Shown piece after piece: positions 9,096-17,800 of a stretch of 64,000 nt of DNA. The stretch is from a bacterium (lineage in GTDB: Bacteria > Armatimonadota > UBA5829), in contig JAJFTD010000123.1 of NCBI GenBank assembly GCA_021373255.1, positions 2,351 to 66,350 on the forward strand. The letters run 5' to 3'. The notes under the pieces are model-generated. The model worked only from the letters and a program-made list of their open reading frames with translations, was not told the origin of the DNA and made no database searches. Numbering within the stretch: position 1 is the first letter of the stretch; every line of letters begins with the position of its first letter. A program made the position numbers and the translations under genes.

Positions 9096-9851
9096 TTATT
9101 CGTCTTCGCTTTCCATCTCACCGACCTTGAGCTGGACGTCTGCCCTCTCTTCAATCCTCTCCACACGGCCGTCGCGAATCCATACGATACGGTCTGAAAT
9201 GTCGAGCATTTTGAGGTCATGCGTGGCGGAGATGATGGTGACTCCCTGCTCCCTGTTGAGCTTTCTCAGGAGTGCGATAATTTCCTTGCCGGTCTTGAGG
9301 TCAAGGTTGCCTGTCGGCTCATCGGCGAGGATAATCGCGGGATTATTGGCAAGCGATCTTGCAATGGCGACGCGCTGCTGCTGTCCACCTGAAAGCTCAG
9401 TCGGCTTGTGATGGAACCGCTCACCAAGGCCAACCAGCCTCAGGAGTTCCATGCCTCTTTCGATACCCTCATCCTGCGGGGTACCTGCAAAGACCGTAGG
9501 AAGCACCACGTTTTCCAACGCCGTCATAACCGGAATCAGGTTAAAACTCTGGAAAATATAGCCGATAGTGCGGCAGCGGAGGTAGGCCAGTTCCTGAGCG
9601 TCGAGCTGAGCCATGTCGACGTCATTGATGAACACCGAACCCGACGATGGCTTATCCAATCCACCAACCATATTAAAGAGCGTGGACTTACCCGACCCGG
9701 ACGGGCCCATTATCGATATATACTCACCTTTGTAGATGTCGAGTTGTATGCCCTTCAACGCTTGAAGGGTCTGGCCGCCCATTGTAAACTCTTTGATAAG
9801 GTCTTTAGTGCGGACGACATATTCTCTCTTAGGAGCAGTTGCCGTTGCCAT
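9096..9851 (-). CDS. ABC transporter ATP-binding protein, MacB/LolD/FtsE type
   Basis: Walker A 'GPSGSGKST', signature 'LSGGQQQRV', Walker B 'ILADEPT'. It lies immediately downstream of an FtsX-type permease gene. Confidence 0.9.
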   Translation of the reverse strand: MATATAPKREYVVRTKDLIKEFTMGGQTLQALKGIQLDIYKGEYISIMGPSGSGKSTLFNMVGGLDKPSSGSVFINDVDMAQLDAQELAYLRCRTIGYIFQSFNLIPVMTALENVVLPTVFAGTPQDEGIERGMELLRLVGLGERFHHKPTELSGGQQQRVAIARSLANNPAIILADEPTGNLDLKTGKEIIALLRKLNREQGVTIISATHDLKMLDISDRIVWIRDGRVERIEERADVQLKVGEMESEDE

Positions 9852-9893
9852 TATATATTGTCACCTCGCAACGATGTAAAGGATCAGTTGACT

Positions 9894-11177
9894 CTATATC
9901 TCGGCCCGCAGAGCAATAGCCGCGGGCATATTAGCGGCGCGAAGCGCCGGTGCGATTGTAGCCACAATAGTGATAAACAGCCCTATCCCGACGGCTTCAA
10001 AGAACATCTTGAACACGTCAGCAGGACTAAGAGTTGCAAGCACCGCCCATCCTCGGGAGAAGCCCGCCATAACCACCATCAAAACAAATCCGATCAACCA
10101 GCCAAATATGGATGCGACAATGCCCATCATACCGGATTCAAGCATAAACAGGAGAACAACAAACTTGTCCAAGGCACCAAGGCACTTCATTGTCCCAATT
10201 TCCTTGAAGCGCTCGGTGACGGACATAAGCATGCTGTTGGTGATGCCTACGCTGCAGACCAGCAGCGACATTATCACGAGCCAATAGGTGCGGTATCTTA
10301 CGTTCCTGTCCGGCACCAGCACATTGTCGCCATCGGCCAGCCGGATGGAACCCGCATTTGTATTATCTTTGGTGAAGTCCGCCAGGATCCTGCGGCCATT
10401 GTGATTTACGATCATCACGCTCTTCATATCAGCATCCTTGCTCGGACCTCGGGCTTGCTTGAGGGCGTCAGCCAGCGTGAGCGCGTATCGTTTGTCCAAC
10501 GTCGTAATGGCACTTGAGGGCACAGTCTTGAAAATAGCGTATCGCTTAGCCCGGCTGGTCCAGAGTGAGACCCAATAAGGTTGCTTGGCTATCTCGGCTG
10601 CGAGCGCGCTCTGTTTTATTGTGCTTGCATCACCAGCGATGTGCTTGATCATACCCCACGGCACTCCGGCCTTCTTAGCCTCACCAAGACTCAGGTCTCG
10701 ATCACCAGTTGTAACTTCATAGAGCTTCTTGTCAACCTTCTTCAGGCTTCTGGATTCTGACTTAACCCGAGCCAGATTACGGTCTGCCCTCTTGGCATCG
10801 GCAATACCCTGTGCAATAGCAGTGAGACTGAATGTCTTGCTGCCTGATGAAACGCGCTCGATAACGGTACGGGAAATGCCCGCCTTGATCCCTTCATCGA
10901 CGCTGATCGATTTCCATGCAGAAAACTCTCCGAGACCATTCACCTGTCCATCAAGCATGAACGTTCCAGGCGCAATTTTCTCAGGCAGCGGCCACTGCAA
11001 CAAAGATTGGGTAAGCACTGTTGTAAGGAACGCAATACCCAGAAAAATGCCGCTTGCCGTGACGATCGAACGCCCGAACCTGGCTTTCATGCTATCCAGA
11101 GCAATCTGAAATGCGCGTCGGAATGGAAGCTGCGTCTGTCTCCCAATAGTAGGGTTATTTACGGTTGCCTTTGACAC
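9894..11177 (-). CDS. FtsX/MacB-type ABC permease with a large extracytoplasmic domain
   Basis: TM1 'IVTASGIFLGIAFLT', a loop of about 250 aa, then an FtsX core 'FKEIGTMKCLGALDKF...'. GTG at 11177 has GGAGG 9 nt upstream; the listed TTG at 11225 would overlap the upstream gene by 71 nt. Confidence 0.8.
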   Translation of the reverse strand: MSKATVNNPTIGRQTQLPFRRAFQIALDSMKARFGRSIVTASGIFLGIAFLTTVLTQSLLQWPLPEKIAPGTFMLDGQVNGLGEFSAWKSISVDEGIKAGISRTVIERVSSGSKTFSLTAIAQGIADAKRADRNLARVKSESRSLKKVDKKLYEVTTGDRDLSLGEAKKAGVPWGMIKHIAGDASTIKQSALAAEIAKQPYWVSLWTSRAKRYAIFKTVPSSAITTLDKRYALTLADALKQARGPSKDADMKSVMIVNHNGRRILADFTKDNTNAGSIRLADGDNVLVPDRNVRYRTYWLVIMSLLVCSVGITNSMLMSVTERFKEIGTMKCLGALDKFVVLLFMLESGMMGIVASIFGWLIGFVLMVVMAGFSRGWAVLATLSPADVFKMFFEAVGIGLFITIVATIAPALRAANMPAAIALRAEI

Positions 11178-11589
11178 TCTTCTTGCCTCCAGGGGACATA
11201 AGGCCGATAAGGTTCTTCTTTGCAAGGGTCTGGAGAAACATCGTAACAGATGCTTCCGCCTCCCTGCGCGTCAGCTTATAATTGCCACTGACGGAATCAA
11301 CGACAGAATTTATGTTGCGCTCGCCATCACACTGCTCCCACACATAAGAGCCCACCTCATCCAGGGCGATATGCCTGGAACCCGGCATCTTAGGAAGAAG
11401 CCGTTTGATCAACCGCGCGAGCCAGTCATCACGCAATGGGACGTCGAGCGTGATCTCACTGCCCTTACACTCCCACTTGATGACCGGATTTCGCACCGGT
11501 ATAACCGCCAACGCCTGCCTGCGGTCGATTTTCGGTTTCTTTCGAACGAGCGGAACGAACTTGCTTATAGAATCGCCTATGGCGCTCAT
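11155..11589 (-). CDS. PqqD-family (RRE-like) protein
   Basis: 'LDEVGSYVWEQCDGERNINSVVDSVSGNYKLTRREAEASVTMFLQTLAKKNLIGL' matches the PqqD winged-helix pattern. AGGAA RBS lies 6 nt upstream. Confidence 0.6.
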   Translation of the reverse strand: MSAIGDSISKFVPLVRKKPKIDRRQALAVIPVRNPVIKWECKGSEITLDVPLRDDWLARLIKRLLPKMPGSRHIALDEVGSYVWEQCDGERNINSVVDSVSGNYKLTRREAEASVTMFLQTLAKKNLIGLMSPGGKKSVKGNRK

Positions 11590-11598
11590 TTCAATTTC

Positions 11599-12513
11599 CT
11601 AATCTTTATGACACTTGATGGTATCGCGGACTCGTTCAGCCACATCATCGCCGTCCACATGGGTAGCACGCACACCGAACAAACGGTTTGATGGCTCACA
11701 ATACCACGCATAGCCCGAAATCAGCCCCGGGAATGGATGAAGCGTAAATGAACTTGCCACGGCTTTAGCAGCCTGCTTGATACCACTCCTGCGGCCTTGC
11801 AATTCGATGCCTTCGTGTCCGGCGACTGCGTGTTCAGTCAAATCATAATGATAGCCCTTGATATCAGGACCAGCGTCTTTTTTGTACCACTGCTCTATGG
11901 TATCTGTGCTGAGCAATGTAGCCGCTAAGCCCCATCGCTCGATGATCAACGCTGATTTACCTCGCTGGAAAGTCAGCAATAGATAACCCGATGCCAGAGT
12001 CTGTTTCTTGATCACATAGCCGGGTGGAACCGCAAACTCAAGCCCGAACAACGCCCAGTTTGTCCACCCATCCTCGCGATGGTCCACAATCGAACCCAGC
12101 ATCACTGGGGCAATGCCGGACATATCATCATCTCGCGCCGACACAATCTGCGCGATTATAACCCTGTCACACTGCGAGCAGTATATCAGCCGCCCCTGCC
12201 CCAACGTATCGGAGCGCCAGACAAAATTAGCCGAGTTGCTGTCCACATCATCCAACTTAACCTTGCTGGAGAACTTCAGCCTCTTTTTTCGATGCGTCTT
12301 CTCCAACCCGGAGAGATATTCCCGACCTTTTACCAGCAGGTCCGGCTTTTTACCCAACGCGGACGACCACCTTACTTCCAACGCGGAAGCAACAGGGCCA
12401 TCCACCCTAAAGTAGCCTTTCTTCGCGTCTCCATCGACTCCCACAAGGCTCCAGTCTTCTGGAACCTTGAGAGTTATCCCCTGCCACCCGACGGCGGCGA
12501 GTTTTTTTGCCAT
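11599..12513 (-). CDS. Hypothetical soluble protein (304 aa)
   Basis: Long ORF in the operon with no TM segment or recognisable motif. ATG at 12513 is preferred over GTG at 12519. Confidence 0.6.
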   Translation of the reverse strand: MAKKLAAVGWQGITLKVPEDWSLVGVDGDAKKGYFRVDGPVASALEVRWSSALGKKPDLLVKGREYLSGLEKTHRKKRLKFSSKVKLDDVDSNSANFVWRSDTLGQGRLIYCSQCDRVIIAQIVSARDDDMSGIAPVMLGSIVDHREDGWTNWALFGLEFAVPPGYVIKKQTLASGYLLLTFQRGKSALIIERWGLAATLLSTDTIEQWYKKDAGPDIKGYHYDLTEHAVAGHEGIELQGRRSGIKQAAKAVASSFTLHPFPGLISGYAWYCEPSNRLFGVRATHVDGDDVAERVRDTIKCHKD

Positions 12514-12689
12514 AATCACCAGCTATTAACTGCAGCCTGCCAATCCCGCAACTGCAGCTATATCTCTTCATGAATTACATAATCCATTGAACCACAAGCG
12601 TCACTGTCGCGCAAGGAAGCAGTTCTAGTGTATTTCTCTTCTGTTAGAGTGCGTTCGGCTGAATTGGTTGTTATTTACTAATATCCGCC

Positions 12690-12745
12690 AAATTGTGCAT
12701 CCGGCGGCTTCGGCATCAGGATGCCGAAGCAACCAGCATTGACTC
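12690..12745. repeat. Conserved intergenic hairpin element, copy 1
   Basis: attgtgcatccggcgg, then stem gcttcggcat/atgccgaagc (12707-12730), then caaccagcattg. A second copy at 25906-25960 has compensatory stem changes. Confidence 0.6.
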
Positions 12746-12815
12746 TTAGACTTTCTAACCTTGTGACTTTATGACCTTATAACATTCCAACCAATTTATC
12801 GCTGTCGCGATTAAA

Positions 12816-14810
12816 CTAATAAGGCAGATAGTTCACGGACTTCATAATAAGAGCGACTGCAATGCCTGTCATAGCGGCAAGGCCGGTGCCGCACCCAAAG
12901 CCTGCAACGAGGACCGGAGCGTATTGGGTCCATCTGACCTCTCCGAACCTCTTGCGAAAATAGAATCTGCCCAGCAGAGCGCCGCCGAACATCGGAATGG
13001 TGGTCATCGGTGCGCCTTGGATTCCACCCATAAACCCGTAGAAGAATAGCAATGGTACCTTGGCCATACTGGAAAGAGCATATAGAACCAGCGTACCGGC
13101 GCCTGCTCCAAAAATCACATTAGGCCGAAGAGCATTAAGGAGCCAGTTATCTTCCAGGCGAGCCTTATTAGCAGTCCACCAAATGGAGGCCAGGGTAGCG
13201 TTGACCGGCCACATCTTCTGCACAAATGGGAACTGCGCACTTGGAATTGGGCTGGTCTTCCAGAAGAAGCTCCAGAAGAAGAAGCTGGTCGGGAGAATAA
13301 CCGCGAGTTTCAAGCCTTCAGCCTTAAGAATGCTTGTAAATTTGGTACCGGTAAGCTCGACCTCGCGGAAGAACTGCGCCATCGGGCCAAGATCGTTCAT
13401 AGGTATCGGCGCGAACCAGATGTCCATCTCCTTGTAGCCGCTCTTGATGATGGTCGCCTCCCTGATCATCGGGAAGCCGACACCGGAACCCGTAAGGCCG
13501 ATAAGTCGGCCAGATGTATAGGAAATCAACGGTGTGTAGAGCAAACCATAGCCCGCAATGATCCACACGGGAAACTTAGGAACAAGAACATGCGCAACCG
13601 ATATCTGTATCAACGTTGCCACAAACCATATTCCAATTGATAGCAGGATATTCCAGTCTCCACGCCCTTCCGGTATCGACCGCCTCATCGTAGGTCGTGC
13701 CGCTCGGCTTCTCATTTTGAAGAATGTGCCCATCACTGTGGCAATGCCGATCATGCCAATACCCAGGGCAGTCCCGATACCAACACTCATCCAGAAGTCT
13801 ATGGTAGTAGACATCTGCGTTTGCAGATACGGGGTGCCATAGGTCCAGTGCGGGAACATACCCAGCTTGTAGAGCACAGGGTTGAGGCCGATCTGGCATA
13901 TCACCGAACTCAGGAACGAACCCATAACAATCGGGAACGGTATAACGAACCCGACCATCACATTGGCAAGATCTCCCGATAGCGCAGCCCACGCCGCAGG
14001 CAGCACCCGTTCAGTGTTGGATGTAAAATCCATAAACGGTATTGGTATCAGCTTCACCGGCTCAGCAAAAAGCACACCAGTCACAATTGGAATGAACAGG
14101 TAGATCACACCAAAGATCAATCCGATGACTGTTCCAGTGGAGAATACCTGCCACCGCCAAGACTCTTCTTTTGTTCCGGCTTCAGCAAGCGCCGTTGCGC
14201 CTGCGGCTGCAATCGGAGCCATTGGGAACGGCAGGCGCTCGACGTCTGATGTCATGCGGAATACTACGTATCCACCACCGATACTTATCATCCTGCCAAG
14301 GAATTCGTAAAGCACCAGCAGTGCTATTGGAATCACCCATGATGCGCTGAAGAACGTCCTCTGCGCAATAGCAGGATCGTTGGCCGGTGGAGCGACCCAA
14401 TGCGGGATACCTCTGGCTAGTTCGCCTATCTGCGGACACTGGACCAGATACTGGTTCCATATCAGCGTGGAGAACGGGCCGCCAGTGAGTCCTGCGGCAG
14501 CTCCGGCTCCCATAAGTCCGCCAGCCACATAGAACAGGATATAAAGCTCCTGTTTCTTAAGTGGCTGGAACGACCTGCGCGCCAGTTCCGCGAAAAGAAC
14601 TATTGTAACCCACTGCGCCGCCGCTCCAAGACCGGTGCCCGCTACCAGGCCCAGGTACATTGCACCAGGCATCATGACAAAGCCGACAAACAAGGCGCCG
14701 ATAACCGTGCGCATTGTAAAGCCGTCTTCGAATTTTTGGTGCTGGACGTCCTCCCCGGACACATCAGCCAGGGACTCTCGCGCCGTTTCTATATCTTGAT
14801 ATTCAGCCAA
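12816..14810 (-). CDS. Polytopic membrane protein, OPT (oligopeptide transporter) superfamily-like (tentative)
   Basis: 664 aa with at least 14 hydrophobic segments. N-terminal 'FTMRTVIGALFVG...YLGLVAGTGLGAA' resembles bacterial OPT proteins. TTG start has AGGTGA 6 nt upstream. Confidence 0.5.
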   Translation of the reverse strand: MAEYQDIETARESLADVSGEDVQHQKFEDGFTMRTVIGALFVGFVMMPGAMYLGLVAGTGLGAAAQWVTIVLFAELARRSFQPLKKQELYILFYVAGGLMGAGAAAGLTGGPFSTLIWNQYLVQCPQIGELARGIPHWVAPPANDPAIAQRTFFSASWVIPIALLVLYEFLGRMISIGGGYVVFRMTSDVERLPFPMAPIAAAGATALAEAGTKEESWRWQVFSTGTVIGLIFGVIYLFIPIVTGVLFAEPVKLIPIPFMDFTSNTERVLPAAWAALSGDLANVMVGFVIPFPIVMGSFLSSVICQIGLNPVLYKLGMFPHWTYGTPYLQTQMSTTIDFWMSVGIGTALGIGMIGIATVMGTFFKMRSRAARPTMRRSIPEGRGDWNILLSIGIWFVATLIQISVAHVLVPKFPVWIIAGYGLLYTPLISYTSGRLIGLTGSGVGFPMIREATIIKSGYKEMDIWFAPIPMNDLGPMAQFFREVELTGTKFTSILKAEGLKLAVILPTSFFFWSFFWKTSPIPSAQFPFVQKMWPVNATLASIWWTANKARLEDNWLLNALRPNVIFGAGAGTLVLYALSSMAKVPLLFFYGFMGGIQGAPMTTIPMFGGALLGRFYFRKRFGEVRWTQYAPVLVAGFGCGTGLAAMTGIAVALIMKSVNYLPY

Positions 14811-14892
14811 TGGTGGTCACCTGTTAGCGTTAATGCGTTGCGCGTCTTGCGTCTCGCGTCATTTAGTCGTGCGTCTTGCATTTGGCGGTGGA

Positions 14893-17800
14893 CTAGACTT
14901 TTGCAGTCTCCGTGCCACGCGCATCTTCGGCAGTTGTTGCCGCAAGGTACTTTTCTCTCTCGCTGGCTCGCATTGTTCTCCATATCAGGAATTGCTTGCG
15001 CAGCGTGTTCAGGAAGCGTCTGTTGACGCGTTTCCAATTTGATACATCACCGCTCTCACGCGTGATCTTGAGCTTTACTTCGTAGACATCTTCCATATCA
15101 GTGGGTATTGTATGCAAATCCACTGTCTGGCTCACACCGAGGTCGAAAGGAGCAAGCCATGTCTTTGCACCAACAGAGAACGACTTGCCATACTCAGTTT
15201 CAGACTCGCCGGATGTGACACCCTGAGTCACAAAATCACCTATGGAGTAGTCTTCATAAGCCTGGAACCATTCCTTGAGGAAGCCGTTGACACCAACAGC
15301 CTGCTCGCCAGTTACGGCGAACGGAAGCATAATCTCCCAATCGTCGCCGTCCGGTTCGGGGACTTTCCACGAACGGTCAACCGCTGGTGTAGCTACCTCT
15401 GACGCTTTCCTAGCAGGATAAAGCGCGCTTAAGAGCACCACCGCGACGACCACAAGCGTGGAGGTAACAGCCGACATAGAAGAAAAGTTCAAATACAATC
15501 CCGGAAGGGCATTGGTGGAGTAGAGTATCTTGCTGGCCGTCTGGCCCAATACATACCCGGCGACAGCCCCCAGGTTCGCATATACCATGGATTCAGCAAT
15601 AAAGAGAACTGCGATATGGTTTGGCGCAAGGCCGATGGCACTGAATATACCGATCTCACGAATTCTCTCGTATACCGAACCAAGCATCGTATTCAAAACG
15701 ATAAGTGCAGCAATGAGCACTGGGATAAAGACGTTGCTAAAGCCCTTGCTCGAACTGGAAGAAATCGAGCTATACCTATATATAGAACCGTCCATACCAG
15801 CGTATAAATTGAGGCCAAGCCTGGGCATAAGGGCGTCAAGCTGCTTTTGGACCTCTTCAAATGAGGCAAACTTAATCGCGATCGACCTGATGTCGCCACC
15901 CATACCCATCAGTGTATCGTAAGGTATAGTAAACACTGTGTTTGGATCAAGGTGCTGATATTCCCTGAACCCGGCATCCCCACCCTGCTGCTGATTCTGC
16001 TTATTCATCATGATGAAGTCCACAGGGGTAAGCTGCTCGTTATCCAGGTCTTTTATCCTCTTATAAACAGATGTCCTGGTAATTGCGACAACGGTATATT
16101 TCGCGCCCGCGAACTCGATTTTTGCTTTACCTACATCGCTGGGTTTGATGTTCAGGGCAGTCGCAACGGCATCCGGAATGATGATCGAATAAGGATCGAC
16201 TTTGCCGGGAACACGCTTGCCGTTTTTGTAACCAAACCAGTCACCAGCCAGAATCGCCTTACGGTTCTTCGTGTTGAGGTCCATGATATCGACCTCTTCA
16301 GGAGTCATCCCACACGCGGCCTTGGCATCATAAGAAGCATCGCCATTCCGCAGCGTCAAGAACGACTGCTCACCAAGGATAGTACCAAAGAACCACGACC
16401 TTGGAGCAACCGGATAAACTTTTCCACGCTTACCAGCATTGCCGAACTCGTCCTTGAGGAGCCTGTATGCTATCTCCTGCAGCGGGGACCACATAGGCGT
16501 TCGGATCATAATTCCATCGTATACATGCGTATCAGCGTCCTTGGGAGCAGGGATTTTGTTAAATCGCAGCACTGATTGAATCGATGTGAACGATAGCACG
16601 GTAAATGTCAGCAGTACCAGCGTAGTGCAAGTAAGGACTGTCCTTGCTTTACGGCGTCTCATGTTGGAAATCCCAAGTGAGAACGCGGCAGCGGCAACAC
16701 TCATTCGACCAATGTCAGCCTTGTGGATGCCGCCCACACTACGGTTCATCTGCTTGAGCTGCTCTTCGAACTTGCCCGAGACTATCGAAATAACCAACAG
16801 GCTGAGCGCGAGCATAACAAACGCCAGCAATACAATAAATGCATTAGCCGGGCCAGTGATCTGGAACGCCGGGTGCACCAAGTAGAACACGCCACAGACT
16901 GCAAGGAAGATCAAGAAGAAAGCTGTGAGCTGCTTCCAAAGTGTCGGATAACCGAAGAACAATCGCTCACAGAAGAACGAGAACGGGATAATCAGGAACA
17001 AATAGAAGATGACTCCGTTAACTACATCTTGCGAGAGCTTGGAGACCCCAGGATAAGCCCTGGCTTCGTATCCCCAGGCTGCCCGACAGTAGGAGTCAAA
17101 CACGCTGTATTCATGTGAGTTCCTAGCATTTTCGGCAAGGTCGAGATACCTGCGTGAGGTCTGGTGCAGCATCTGGAGACCTTCGTCCTTGACACCCTTT
17201 GCCTCAATACCTGCTAGCCTGCTTTCATCGAGCTTCCACATATCGTGGGCAACCTTGAAAGCAGTTTCTTCAAGTGTCCCACCCTGCGTGAAGTCGTAGC
17301 CAATGCCGATCGGTGACGGGTTCATCTTTATGAATACCCGCTTTGTCCCGGCTGGCAGATCGCTGGTCAGCTTGATTCTGCCCTCAATGAGCGACGGATC
17401 ATTATAAACATTATCCTGCGTGCGGCAGTAGTTGGTCTGCTTGCACTTGGGATCAGCGTATACACCCTCGATGAACGTCTCTATAGGCTGATCGAGCTTA
17501 ATGCTCTTACCATCCGCACTAACTATATCGGCGGGCACAACCTCGTTTCCCAATGTCGAATTGAGCAGCAAAAGCCTGATGGCAGCCGGGCCCGCGCTCA
17601 TCATCAGTTTGATTCTGATGCGCCTGAGTTCCTGGCTGGAGCCTATAGCAAGCTGCTTTTTCTTGTTGGTGTCTTCTGTGAATATGACGGCCATATCCTC
17701 AACGTGCGGATTACCCGGTTCGGGAACCGCAACAGCGCAACCAAACTGCTTAGGAGCGCCGTTGGTAATGCCGTCGTAAATGTTGAGCATCGTCAACGCG

